From assembly GCA_028534125.1 (NCBI GenBank), contig CM052832.1:17424001-17488000 (forward strand): 64,000 nucleotides of DNA, read 5' to 3'. Under the pieces are notes generated by a model that made no database searches, was not told the origin of the DNA, and saw only the letters and a program-made list of their open reading frames with translations. This document shows positions 48,206 through 60,971 of this stretch, piece after piece (position 1 is the first letter of the stretch; each line of letters opens with the position of its first letter). The stretch is from Lama glama. Its lineage: Eukaryota. Position numbers and translations under genes: made by a program.

Positions 48206-48862
48206 CCTACTAGCTAGCATTATGTTGAATCACCCTAGTCTTAACAGAGGAAACATTCACTGAGGATAATGAAAAATCATTGCAATTATGAAAAATCCCC
48301 ATGTTCCAGTATCCATTTCATACCCCTCATTTAGTTATTTTGGGTCTAATATTAATCAAGCACTTTTGCATCAGATTGGCCTGGGGGGTCTCATGTGTTA
48401 TTTGCTTTTTCAATTCACTCACACGTTGCTTGCCTGAGTGCAAATCTGTTTCTGGGAGGACCTCATTGGAATAGGTTTCACTAATTCTACCTCTTTCTAC
48501 TCTTGTGACAATTTTATTGCAAGTACTTTGCAGATCTTCCTGCTATTGGGCCTTGATCAGATTTATTTCATTCCACTTTGGCAGAGATTCCTATTTTGGT
48601 TAAATATTTGGGATTAACTTGAAAGTTTTAAAGCTGTTTCCAAGTACTACTTGCACAGTTTATACACACACACACACACACACACACACATCCTTTTTCT
48701 ACAAAAAAATCAAATACATTAAAGAGAAATTATCATAAATGCATTGAAGTGGGCAGTGTTTATAGTACTGAGTATTACCTGTCCCTGTTAAGTGCTCATC
48801 TTACTTCTTTTATTATAAAATTAAATTTTTTATTAAAATGTCTTGTTTTATTTTCTATTGTC

Positions 48863-48880
48863 TGTGGCCATCTAGTGGTA
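48863..48880 (-). promoter_or_regulatory. CTCF-like motif
   Basis: Reverse complement TACCACTAGATGGCCACA matches the core CCACYAGRKGGC. Confidence 0.55.
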
Positions 48881-49654
48881 TCCATAGAACTCATTTCAAC
48901 ACCTGATGCATAGTAGGTATTCAGTAATATCACTCTTGTTGGATAACACTTGAACAATTTTTCACCATAAATGCTGTTATCCCAATTGTACTTTTGTGAC
49001 TGAAATTTATATACTCCTGAGCGTAAATAATTCAGCTAATTAAAATTCAGAAATGCTGCAATTCCTGGTCCATTCTGATTTTGAGGGTGTTGTTTTCCAA
49101 ACTCTGTCAATATTCAGTAACTGTAAATGGAGCACTAGTGTAGTCCTAATCATAGAAGTTTGTTAGTACAGATTAAATTAAAAAGTGACTATCCTGGTTA
49201 GCAAGAAAATAAGTTTATAGTCCCAATAAAAACATTCTGAGTGGAATAGAAAATGGCAGTGCCAGAACATTTGGTTCAAGAAAGGAATTTTAAAAGACTG
49301 GAATTCAAGGGCTTTACCAGGCCCAGAGTTCCTTTCAGCCTTTACTTGGTTAAATAAAGAATTTTGGAGTCCTCTTAATTTTGCATTTTAACCAGGCAAC
49401 AGAATCTGGGTGGATGTGCAGTAGCATCTGCTAAGCTGATCAACTCACTCTCCTCCCTTTCAGCACCAACCTTGTTCTAACCAAAGGCAGAAAACAAGGA
49501 TGCAGTCTTTAACAGTTCAAGAATAGGTTCTTAATTTTGTGATTATACAATCAGTTCATGTTCGTTTAGCTTCTACAAGTTGAGGGTCCATGAGGAAAAT
49601 TCTAAAGAACATCCTTTAAAGAACCAAAATGAAGAAGGCAGCATTGAGAGAGGA

Positions 49655-49820
49655 ATTTCCGGTTTGTGACCCCTCCCCGACCCGAGCGAGCTGCGGTTTC
49701 CATCTGTGCACCTTCCCGAGAGCTGCAGGAGCAGGGGTCGTTTCCCGGCCTCGGGCAGGCAAAGTCCCCTGGGATTTGAATCCTAAACCAGTTAAGTGAG
49801 CTCAGACCGAGCCGCCTCCT
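49655..49820. promoter_or_regulatory. small CpG-rich element
   Basis: Local CpG cluster with ATTTCCGG ETS motif, about 570 bp upstream of Thr-CGT. Confidence 0.35.
49762..49796 (-). pseudogene. possible internally deleted tRNA-Thr relic
   Basis: cccctgggatttgaatcct resembles the Thr T-arm and taaaccagttaag the Thr D-loop, with no anticodon arm between. Confidence 0.35.
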
Positions 49821-50382
49821 TGCTGACTGCTACTTCCTCAAGCAGAGTTATCAACAGTTTGATGACTATTAGCAGAGTCTGAATGGGTTTGGAATTTGGG
49901 GTTGTTTGCTTTTGTTTTGTTGGTTTTTCAGTGTACACGTGTGCCATCTTCTAACAACCAGGAATGCCATTTTGACTGAAGTTCTAACTAGCCTATTTTG
50001 CTGGAAACGCCTTTCACTCTACTTTTGGAATATCCACTCACTTGACGGTTCTAAATTACTACAATGGTGGAATCATAAGAACTTCTCTGACTTCATTCAG
50101 AGAAGCCCCTTCCTCCACAATGAGCACTCGGCTGGTGCCCACTCTTTCCCATTTCATGGTTGTTCTAAGTACTTTTTCTATGTTGTGGTGTGAGGGCGTG
50201 TATGCGTTTTGTTAGGTTTGATGGGAATCTTATGTTCCAGGATTCTCTATCGCGGGTCTGCCTTTTCTACAGTCCATTTGTTTGAGACATGCGTGCGCAG
50301 TAATTCTTATCGACTTCAATACAGCTTTTCACCTAATTGAGCACGATTTGATCAAAAGGGAAGCTTCACCTGCTGCACAGCT

Positions 50383-50456
50383 GGCTCTGTGGCTTAGTTG
50401 GCTAAAGCGCCTGTCTCGTAAACAGGAGATCCTGGGTTCGAATCCCAGCAGGGCCT
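50383..50456 (+). tRNA. TRT-CGT: tRNA-Thr (CGT)
   Basis: GGCTCTGTGGCTTAGTTGGCTAAAGCGCCTGTCTCGTAAACAGGAGATCCTGGGTTCGAATCCCAGCAGGGCCT. Confidence 0.96.
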
Positions 50457-50859
50457 GTCTCTGTTTATACTTGAGTCATACTTTAGCAAATTTTTAGTCT
50501 GAAACCATCTTTAATTACAGTGCCAAATGCACTGCCTAGAGCTTTTTAAATCTCTGCAACCCCTCCTCATTGTATCTTCAGTCTCAATGACTCTGTTTCT
50601 CTACTGGTGATCTATCATACGGAATTTAACTACTTGGATGTTCAAGATCAACTATGGATAGAGAATTTCCAAAATAAAATTGGAAACTTTTAATTCAAAC
50701 CATTTAAAGAAATATTCTGCTGGTTTCTCAAACAACGAGCAACTTCACTTAAATTATACATAGATGAAAAGTGGTTGCAATTTATCGAACACTTACTATG
50801 TTGCATTTTGTGTATTTTCTCACATACTTTTAAATCCCTAAAAATACTCATGAAAGAAG

Positions 50860-50995
50860 CATTATCATGCACATTTTACAGCTGAGAAAACTGAGACTTG
50901 GAGAGAGATAAAGTAACCTGCCCAAATCGTAGTTAGTAAATAAATAAACAAGCTAGGGTTTTAACCTAATATTTCTCAGTTCAAAGTCATGGTTT
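50860..50995 (-). mobile_element. MIR SINE
   Basis: cattttacagctgagaaaactgagac...aagtaacctgcccaa. Confidence 0.7.
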
Positions 50996-51099
50996 TAAAT
51001 GTCAAATAATCTTATTTTAAAAATTAAACAATATCCAGTATGATTTAGAATAATAATTCTTCAAATTGTATGACATATGAACTCATTAGATTATTTGCT

Positions 51100-51204
51100 G
51101 AAAACTTGCCTATGACCACCACTAACTGAAAAATTGTGCTCTACACTGGAAATTGACACAATATTGTAAACTGATTATAACTCAATAATAATACAGAAAA
51201 AAAA
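51100..51204 (+). mobile_element. short camelid-type L1 3' tail
   Basis: aactgaaaaattgtgctctacactggaaattgacacaatattgtaaactgattataactcaataa plus A tail. Confidence 0.7.
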
Positions 51205-51789
51205 GGCACTAAGTCTTTTCCAAGAGATGTTAATAGGAAAAAAATGTAAATTTATCTTAAAAGACAAAAAAGCTAGTGTGAAAATCAACATTTGAGAGTG
51301 TCTAAATATTTGTAATAAAAAAAAACCCAAAGCAACAACAACAACAAAACCCACCAAAACCCAAAACAACAACAAAACCCAACAGACACATGGATAAATT
51401 TTGTATATTCTTTGAAGGTGTTCACTGACCCTTTTAAGCTCTTGGACGTCCATAAACCAACGAAAAAAAATCCTTGACCAATAGAATAAATCACAAATGG
51501 ATGTTAAGGAAACATAGGCTATTATAGAGGTATATTTTACTTCTTGAAGTTGATTTTTATAGGACTATTATTCTCTGTCCTAGGCTGACTTAAATTGGGC
51601 CATTAGAGACAGACATCTGGTTGGCAGTGTCACGACTCTGGGCCAGCATGCCGATTTCAAGAAGTTATGTTTCTAGATGTGAGATCACTGAAATGAGTTC
51701 TCGAAGAAAATCAATGCATACAGACAACTCTTACAACTGGCCCCAAGCAGCAGAAGATCTACCTTTATCTACTTTAGCTCATAACTATG

Positions 51790-52290
51790 AAATATTTATT
51801 CAGCCTTTCATTCCAAAAATTATGTATTGTAATGCCTACACATCCAGCATATTGAAAAGTAAGATGAATAGATCTGGCCTCCACCTCCAAGGGGATGAGA
51901 GCTTAGGGGAAAGGGAGGAGGAGCTAGAAATCAACTACATGATCACAAACAGAAGTATAATACCATGACTATGATAAATGCTACAAAAAAGAATGAGATT
52001 TAGGAGAACATAGATGAGAGATTTTCTTTAATCAGAGAGGTCATAGAGGGAGAGACTTGAGTTGCAAAAAAGGGAAAGAATTTGTAGAAAAGAGAGGCAG
52101 AGAAATTACCCAATCAGAGAAAGCCAGACTACATGCATAGGACTGAAGGAAAGCCAATAGGGCTAGAATGTAAAGAATATGTGCAGACAGGATGAGAAGT
52201 GAGGCTGGAAAAGGATAGGGGTAAACCATCACAGGCCTGTGTTGGCTATGTTGGGGAGTTTTAGTTTTATACTAAAGCAATTGGAATGCA
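51790..52290. mobile_element. L2 LINE fragment
   Basis: atttattcagcctttcattc...ggccttg-like, ggagttttagttttatactaaagcaattggaa L2 motifs. Confidence 0.5.
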
Positions 52291-52790
52291 CGTGGAAGTC
52301 AATATGAATATGTAATCATGAAAAATTACTAATCAAGAGAAAAACCTGGGAAGTTTCAGATTTATTTTCCTAAGTTCTTTATTGTTTTCTTTTTGGAAAG
52401 GAAATTTAAGATGGAAAAGAGTAGATTATAAGCAACTTTGCCAGAAGTACAGAAAGCGTACTGATCAGAAATTGAGGACTCCAGGAATCTTGGAAGATTC
52501 CTGGGAGAAAATCCCCCCAAATGTGAAAGAGCCTATTTCTGTAATTTCAAGAGTTGTATTGCTCACAGGTGACTTTTTTCCCCCAAGAGTTTGATGGGGC
52601 CTTGGCGTCTGAAGCAAGGTAAATTTTTTTGAGCAGCGTATCAGCATATTTTACTTTCAAAGTAGGATGAAACCTGATTTAGCAGTTTAAGTTTTAAATT
52701 GCTCAATTTGTCAGAAGTGCTGAAAACCGCCTATATCTGTTTATCGTGGTCCAACATTTTTAAAAAGTTAGTGGGCAGACACTGAGAAGC

Positions 52791-52862
52791 TGGAGATGCC
52801 GGGGATCGAACCCAGGACCTCATACATGCAAAGCATGCGCTCTACCACTGAGCTACATCCCC
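52791..52862 (-). tRNA. TRA-TGC: tRNA-Ala (TGC)
   Basis: Reverse complement GGGGATGTAGCTCAGTGGTAGAGCGCATGCTTTGCATGTATGAGGTCCTGGGTTCGATCCCCGGCATCTCCA (U50:G64 wobble). Confidence 0.97.
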
Positions 52863-54078
52863 AAGACACTGGCCGTATCAGATGGTGGTGTACTTAATAG
52901 GGCCTCATAATATTTTTCTTTAGGATATATGATCAACTTTTCCCCCAAATATATTTTGTTTACTTTGTTGTGCAAGAATTATATGAATTTCACAAGTCTT
53001 GACAACCAGAAAAAAAAAATGTGTTACTTAAATCAGTGTCACTAAAGCCCTTGGATTCTCTTGAACCTGACCAGACACAGCTCAGAAAAAGTGGTTGTAA
53101 TATTGGCTTTTATCCCAGCAGGACCCTGAATGTAAGCCATTCAGATCAAGAGTCTTTTGGAAAGCCTGGCATCAGAAAACATAGAACCATAAATGGCTAC
53201 AGCAAACCACTGGGAAATTTCATGATGTAGTACAAAGTCAAACTGTAAACAGAAGCCAATCCAGCTGGGGAAAGAACTGGGAGAGAGCCATCCTGCAAGG
53301 TGCAGCCAATCTAGGTTCTGGGCTTGGAATTATTTACAGTCAGTATGTGTGTAATTCTCAGCCTGGTCCAAGAAGAAAAATCCCATTTAGTAGATTGGGT
53401 AAGGAAACCTATATCCCGTGGAATAAACGTGTAAGAGAGATGCTTTGGCCGAAATTTGAGAACAGCCACCCACTACTGCAAACCCAAATTGGTCCTGAAA
53501 TGCAACTCTTGACTTCTAATTACTTGGCCAAGTCTTGTCTTCCAAGATTCCTGGAGTCCTCAATTTCTGATCAAGAATGTGGTATACTTTTTGTCTGCTG
53601 CTGTAGTTACGCACGCTTGTCTTTGCCAGAGCACTTGTTCTACTGTTTAAGTATTTGTGAATCCTCCTCTCCCACACACACTTCATTGCAAGATTCTCTG
53701 TTTTGTAACATATCCTGAACAGAGTATACCTTTATATTTTACCATTCTTTATTGTGTGGCCGCGATGTGCAAGGCTCTATGCTAACGGCTTGATGCAGTT
53801 ATGAGAAAAATCAATCACAGGCTTGGCCCTCCTGAAGCTGTCTTACTAGAGAAGGAAGCAAAGAATTAAATAACAAATCTACAGTTATAAACTGTGCTAA
53901 ATGGTGTCAAGGGGAAGTACATGGAACATGTGGATGCTATCATTTACTAAGCATTTATTCAATCTACCTGATTATGTTTCTATGAATGTAGATTGAAGGC
54001 CTCACAGAACTTGCAGCTACAAGCCATACTTTTTGGGGGGATTTATTAGTCAACAAGGAAAAGAAAACTTTCATGCGT

Positions 54079-54150
54079 GGGGATGTAGCTCAGTGGTAGA
54101 GCGCATGCTTTGCATGTATGAGGTCTCGGGTTCGATCCCCGGCATCTCCA
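54079..54150 (+). tRNA. TRA-TGC: tRNA-Ala (TGC)
   Basis: GGGGATGTAGCTCAGTGGTAGAGCGCATGCTTTGCATGTATGAGGTCTCGGGTTCGATCCCCGGCATCTCCA (U49:G65 wobble). Confidence 0.97.
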
Positions 54151-54929
54151 CTTTACTTAAACTCCTGTGTAGGAATTCCAACTGATTGCTCACTACTGTT
54201 TAACCCTTGGAAGGAATTATAGTAAAACAGGTAATGGAGTCTTTTAAACCTGTGATTTAGGTGTAATTGAACTACTGGGAACACATTGTTCAAAGTCCCC
54301 CATTTAATAGAAATTGTAAGTTTATGACTACGTAAATACTTCAGAACACCTTCCAATTTTATGACACTTTTATGACACATTAGTCCTTATTGTCCCCAAA
54401 TGATTATCAAGCCTCCTCTAAAATGGGGTTTACATTCAGGCAGGCATCAACTGACTGAAGGTGAAATATAGTTCTATGAAGCTTGGTTGAAGATAATTCT
54501 ACCCTCTTTTCTTGGCTATTTGGATCTCAAGACTTAGACTTTGAGCTTTATATCAGAATTGTTTGAGCTATTTAAGATACACCTTTTTTTTCGATCCTGG
54601 TTCACCAATATGCTCCTTTTTTGACTCATATATACAACCTATTGTGAGCCAGTTTTTCAATTGCTTGTTGAATGAGTGATGGTCTGGTTCAACTGAATCT
54701 AAGGTGACTTGAGTGAATTAAATATTAACTTTTTCTTCTCATCAGAAAGACCCGAATTACTGACGTATATACATATATATTATTGGTTCTGTTTCTCTGG
54801 ACAACCCTGACAGATTGGGAGAAATTATTTGCAATATTTAAAATCAACAATAAAATAATTTCTAGAATATTTAAAGAAAACCAGCAAATCAGTAATAAAC
54901 CTGCCAACTCTTGCCATTATTCAGATTTT

Positions 54930-55116
54930 TCTTTTCAACACTTTTATTGAGATATAACTGACATACAAAGGACTGTACATATTTAATGCATTTGATCATA
55001 AGTAAACACCTCTTATATCATCACCACAAACCAGGTAACAGACATATCCACCACCTCCCAAAGTTTCCTTATGGCCTTTTGTTGTTGCTGTTGTTGTGGT
55101 TGTGTGTATGTGTGTT

Positions 55117-55149
<33 letters not shown>

Positions 55150-55720
55150 AGTATCTACCCTTTTAACAAATTTTGAAGTGCACAATAGCTTATTGTTAAC
55201 TATAGGCACTACATTGCACATCAGATCTCTAATATCATCCAGCATAACTGAAACTCTGTACCCATCAAACAACAACTCCCCATTTCCTCCACCCTCCCCA
55301 GTCCCTAGCAATCACTTTTGTATTCTCTGCCTCTATGAGTTTTCTATTACAGACTACTGGCAATTGACTATTAATTCTTCTTAATAAATATCCAAAGTGG
55401 GATTGCTGGATCATTTGGGAGTTCTATTTTTACTTTTTTGAAGACTTTCAGTGGTGTTTTCCATAACTGTTGCACCATTTCACATTCTCACCAACAGTGT
55501 ACAAGGGTCTCAATTTCTCCATGTCCTCACAAACACTTTATTTTTTAATAATAGCCATCCTAACAGGTTTGGGGTGATATCTCATTGTAGTTTTGATTTA
55601 CCTTATAAGTATATCATCATGCTTTATACTTTAACTATATCCTACAACTTTATAATTTGTAATTGTATAATTACAATTTTGTCAATTATACCTCAATAAA
55701 GCTGAAAGAAAACTATATAC
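54930..55720 (-). mobile_element. L1 3' region (L1MA/MB-like)
   Basis: ttttattgagatataactgacatac, aactgaaactctgtaccc, gtgggattgctggatcat. Confidence 0.8.
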
Positions 55721-56504
55721 ACTGCAATGATTTTCGAGAAACACATGCCATGTACTACTAAAACTAATATATTTTATGTCATTTATAACTCAAAAATATT
55801 TTTTAAAAAGAAACAGAAAAGCAATTCTTTGATGAAACTAAAAATGAAAATATATCTAATATACAAATAAAGCATATAATATATATATTAAGTATTAAAT
55901 TTTTAACTTTTTGTTTTGGTCACTAAAACAGTGTAGAAATCATACTAAAATGAGTACCCATGTACCCGTGTTGGGTAATAACCCAATCTTCAGCATTTAT
56001 CATAATTTTGTTGTTCTTATTTTGTTTTTTTTCCTCCAGGACTAAAAATCAAATTCCAGACATTAGACTAATTTTGACCATAAATATTTTAGTTATAAAC
56101 TTTCTTTTTAACACTGCCATAATAACATCACAACCAGCAAAAATAATAAAACTTCTTAATATAATCGAATCCTCAGTACATGTGTGATTTTTGCTCCAAG
56201 AAGTCTTCAGAATTCAGAAGAAAGTGAAGGAAACTGAAGTCCTGTTTTGTTTGTCCTGTTATGTTTATCTGTTTTCTTCTTTTGTGTTTTTAGCTGGGAA
56301 TCCAAAGAAATCAGGCCAATTATCTTTTTTAAACGCTAGTCACATTTGACCTAGGCCATTTCTGATGGTGGTAATGTTCTTGGGGCAGAAATTGGGTACC
56401 ACAAAGGCAGTACAAGTAGGCAGAAAATTGAATGTAAGAAGACAACAGGTTTAAGGGGAGAAATGAAAGGAAAAGTGGTCCAATTACATTCTCTCAAAAA
56501 CTGG

Positions 56505-56576
56505 TGGAGGTGCCGGGGATTGAACCCAGGACCTCGTACATGCTAAGCACGCGCTCTACCACTGAGCTACACCCCC
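56505..56576 (-). tRNA. TRA-AGC: tRNA-Ala (AGC) followed by genomic CCA
   Basis: Reverse complement GGGGGTGTAGCTCAGTGGTAGAGCGCGTGCTTAGCATGTACGAGGTCCTGGGTTCAATCCCCGGCACCTCCA, then CCA G TTTTT. Confidence 0.97.
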
Positions 56577-56659
56577 AACAGTAAGTACTCCTCCTTAGAT
56601 TCCTTTCGTGATTTATAATCATTATTTCTTTGCCTCTTAAGGACTTAGCAAACTGCAGA

Positions 56660-57375
56660 GAAAACGTGGATGTAAACTTCTCCATTTGCGGAACAGACTG
56701 CGCAGCGACCTCATAAGAAAGCGAGAGAATGAGATTCCAAAGGAAGGAAGCTGAAAAGAGACAGCTTCCACTCCTCTTTCCACACGTAAGGCTTCAGGAG
56801 GCGGAAGCAGGACGCTGAGCAGCCAGGATACCGACTGAGAAAGTGGCGTTGGGAAGCGAGCAGAGGTGGAATCAAAAAGGGTCCTCTCCTGTAGCGCTCC
56901 TTTTCCCGGGTCCAACACCACCTCCCTTGGAACAAAGACTCTCAAATTATCTCCATTTCCGGAAGTCAAAAAAAAAAGATCCACTGAATGTTCCGTGGTG
57001 ATGGCAGGGAACGTCCCCGTGGGTTCACGATGTCCTGGATCGATCGCTTAGGACAAATTGGAAGCACGAGCCGGGGTGACAGGCATCACTTAAGGAGCTC
57101 AGATAGTTCACCTGAGCAACATTTGCCTCCCGCAAAACCCTGGCTGCCCCCTTATGTGCGGAGCTGATGGAAGATGGGGATGTTACTTAGATAAAAGGTG
57201 AAAAGGCAAGGCAGGGCTGGCTTCTGTTTCTCCGTGACCAGTCCTTTGGGAACCGGGAAACTATGAAGAATTATTAGTACCCCGGATGGTTTGGGGAGCT
57301 AGGGGGAAGCTTTCTATTATTTTAAGGAACCGGCCGGTCCCAATTCACAGCCATTGATTTCTCGGGCACGTGCAG
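56660..57375. promoter_or_regulatory. CpG-rich promoter-like region upstream of tRNA-Ala-AGC 56505
   Basis: CpG-rich, with GGCGGAAG and TTCCGGAAGT ETS motifs. Confidence 0.5.
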
Positions 57376-57399
57376 CACAGCCTCTCTTTCTCTCCCTCT

Positions 57400-58370
57400 G
57401 AAACAATTTTAAAATTTGAAAACATAAAAGTAGCACCCCAAAATAACCATATACCTTTTATCTAGACTTAGCTATTGTTAATATTTTACCCCATGTGCTT
57501 TATCCTTTGCTTCCTCTCTCCCATTTGAGAGATAACATCATGTTCATTTACCCTAAAATAATTTTACTACTGTATTTCCTACTATACCGCTGTACTATTA
57601 TGAACTTTAGTAAATTTAACATAGTAAATAGCTATACTTAATCTACAGTCTGCATTCCAATTTGACCAATTGTCCCGATTTCCCCGCATCATACAGGATC
57701 TAGTCTAGTATCAGGTGTTCATCTAGATGGCATGTCTTTTTAGTTTTCTTTAATCTGGAATATTTCTTAAGACTTTCTTTGTCTTTTATGACATTGACAT
57801 GCAATTTGAATAATAGTGCATTTTTTTCTTTTCTTTTTAAAAATAGAGTTTCTTTCACTGTGGTTTTGATTGATGTTCCCATGACTAGATTCAGGTTATG
57901 CATTCCCCAGAGCAATATAATATAGATAATGTTGTGTGCTTCTTAAAATATCATGCTGGAGACAGGTAAAGACTTTCCATCACTCATTGGTGAAGTTAAG
58001 TTTGATCACCTGGTTTGTAGGACTGTTCCTCATCAAAATCTCCCCCAAGATTCAACATTCACTATCTGAACAAATCTTTAGTATGATAGATGCAAAATAA
58101 TGATTTTTCCAAATCCAGCTCTCCCACCACATTTATAGTCAGTGCTTGGCATGCTACTAAGCCTGTTTTTCCCCCATTATTTTCTTCATTTATCAATGTA
58201 TCATTTGTATGAATTTCTATTTTTTTCAGTGGTTTATAATTGATTACAATACTCAACTATTTTGGTGTACTAATAGTTCCAGATTTGGCCAGTGGAAGTC
58301 CCTTCAAACTGGCTTCCTATGCCTGTTTGCAATGTCCCCAACATATTTTGAGTAATTTTTACTTTCTAAG
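57400..58370 (-). mobile_element. old L1MC-type 3' region
   Basis: gactagattcaggttatgcatt, ttccagatttggccagtggaagtcccttcaa. Confidence 0.65.
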
Positions 58371-58559
58371 CCACTCTCTTATTCCCACTCTCCTAGGCTG
58401 AGTCTATCCTCGTGTCCAGTAAATCAACACCCAACCCTGCGATCCTGTCCAGCGGAAGTGGATGAGGTTGCTGTTGATCAGGATGAGAATTTGGGCCAGG
58501 GAGGTTTTTGTTTTGTTTTTAAACTGATTCTCACTTCCTCTGTTTTCCTATGAAAACAG

Positions 58560-58930
58560 TCTGTTCCTCAAAGAGCTAAACATAGAGATACCATATGACC
58601 CAGCAATTCTACCCTGAAAAAGAATTGAAAATAAGGACTCAGATACTTATATGCGAATGTTCACTGCAGCGTTATTTACAATAGTCAAAAAATTGAAACA
58701 ACTTAAGTGTCCAGCAACAGTTGAATGGATAAACAAAATAACATACAATGGAATATAATTCAACTTTAAAAAGGAATGAAATTCTGATACATGCTACATA
58801 ATGAACCTTGAAAACATGTTAAGTGAAATAAGCCAGACACAGTAGGACAAATATTGTATGATTCCACTTATATGAAATATCTAGAATAAACAATTCCTAG
58901 AGTCAGAAAATAGTTTAGAAGTTACCAAGG
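58560..58930 (+). mobile_element. L1 (L1MB-like) fragment
   Basis: accatatgacccagcaattc, gaatggataaacaaaat, gtatgattccacttatatga. Confidence 0.8.
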
Positions 58931-59119
58931 GATACACCAAAGATAAGAGAAGGTCTAAAATCAACCAGAGAGAATGGATAGATCTCCAGCAAAGGAAGAA
59001 AAATTAGAATGTTAACAGAAGTCTAACTTCCATGATAAAATCTAGGAAAAATGAATTCTATTTTAGAAGAACTGAAATAAAATAATTGTCAATCTAGAAT
59101 TGTGTATTCATCAAACATG

Positions 59120-59545
59120 GCTACTTTCCCCCTCTCCCTGCTGGAAGTGTGAGGGGGATTTTTCTCTGATCTTCAAAGTAAGAACCTGGTAGAGCTTCTG
59201 GAGATAGAACTCAGGAAAGTATGGGGCCCTCCCAGGATGGGTCCTCACTGGAGTTTTTAACTTGCCAGTTATTCTACTCTGCGTCTCCAAAAATTCATTG
59301 ACTATAGTTTAAGTTTTCCTACCCAGGTACTGGTTTCAGCTGCTAGCTTCTGTTCCTGGGTTTATGCTCCTGGTAAACTGTGATTCTCTTTGTCCAGTCT
59401 CTGCCTGTCTTTCCAGGTTTCAGGGCAGCAGCTTGCCTTGTGACTTCAATTCTCTGATGCTTTGCAGTTTGTTCAGCTTTTTTCTTGTTGTGAGGATGGG
59501 AGTGATGACTTCCAAGCTCTTTATATGTTGGACTGGAAACTGGAA
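59120..59545 (-). mobile_element. old L1M fragment
   Basis: cagggcagcagcttgccttgtgacttcaattctctgatg...gacttccaagctctttatatg. Confidence 0.5.
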
Positions 59546-60946
59546 GTCCTATTTTAATCTTTTTAAATTTACATAATTAATATACGCTTGGGACTAAGGA
59601 AAAACTAAGGCCTTGTAAAAATGATACAGGATGTATAAAGTCCCATAATTTCAGCCTTAGAGAAACCAACTTTTGACGGTTAGTAGATATTCTTGCAGAT
59701 ATTTTTAATGTCAATACCACTCAAGGCTTTTCAGAAGTTGCAAAAGTCCATGGCATTTCCATTTTTTCAGGCTTTAAGCATATCAAAAAACACAATAGGA
59801 AGATTTTCAAAATTGGGATGAATTTGAAGTAATTATGTTTAAAGGTGAATTCTTTTGATACCAGTGACACCAAATACAGTAATTACATGAATAATGTACT
59901 TTGGAGGTAATAAGAAAAATCCAAATTTAAGCCTTCATAAAATTGAGGCTATGGCTAAATGGTCCTTGCTGGTACTATCTAAAACTCTTTGTCAATCTAC
60001 TTATACATATATTTAAAATAATAATAGTAACAAAGCTATACATACTATACGTCCATTTTCTTCCCCTTTCACTTAATAATTGTGTTTTAGAAAGGTTTTA
60101 ATTAAATTTTAATAGAGATTATAGAATTATTCTCTAATGTATTTCTCCCAATTTGTATTCCCACAACACTGTTTCAAAACACATCCCTTCCAATCCTCTT
60201 GCCCAGACTTGTTATTATTGATGTTATAAATATTTGTCAACCTGGTAAAAGGGAGAGTATTATATATTACTGTTTTAATTAGCATACTTTTGGTATATAT
60301 GAAATAGAGCTTCTTATAGTATGTTTGTTAGCTATTTGATTTTCTACTTCTGTGGATTGCCTGTAGTGATATTGTTTCTTTTTTTTCCTCTGCTGGTTCT
60401 CTTTCTTATGAAGAAAATATGACAATATAAAGAACTTACATAGTGATTCTAAGTACCAGGCATTTAAAAACACTTTACATATTCATTTAATACTCACAGC
60501 ATCCCCGTAGTATTACTTATTAGCCCAAGAAATTTAAATGTTGAAAATAGTCTCTCTGTGTACCTTGATTTTTGGTGTTTGGTGGTTCTTTCATTAAAAA
60601 AATCTAGATTTTTATCATTCATTCATTCTTTCACTCAAGAATAGTTATGGTGTGCTTACTACATGTCAATGCACTGGGTGTAATATAATGAATAGAGAAA
60701 TATGATCCCTGCCCTTTGGAGGGGATTGGAAGAAAAATTGTCTAAATAAAATCTTTGTTAACCTAAGAGGGGGAATTTCCCCCTCAAAGTTTGTATTGGA
60801 AAATAGTTTTGAAGACACTGGTATAAAATTAGTTTTCCTGGAAGTATAGAAGAAGTACATAAAGAAGCGAAACATAAGGGATTTGACCAGCAGAATGGTA
60901 GTCATAGCTCAAGACTTAAGGAAAATCATAAAAACGAACTACATTG

Positions 60947-60971
60947 TAAACAAACAAACAAACAAACAAAC
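60947..60971. repeat. (AAAC)6 microsatellite
   Basis: Seen directly. Confidence 0.9.

Noticed and set aside
1606..56576. Dispersed near-identical 72-mers as a CRISPR-like array or SINE family
   Set aside because: They are irregularly spaced complete tRNA cloverleafs with T terminators and no tails or TSDs.
41..57898. Shared motifs between 1-725 and 57400-58370, and between 19150 and 22325
   Set aside because: Independent copies of the same L1 families rather than segmental duplication.
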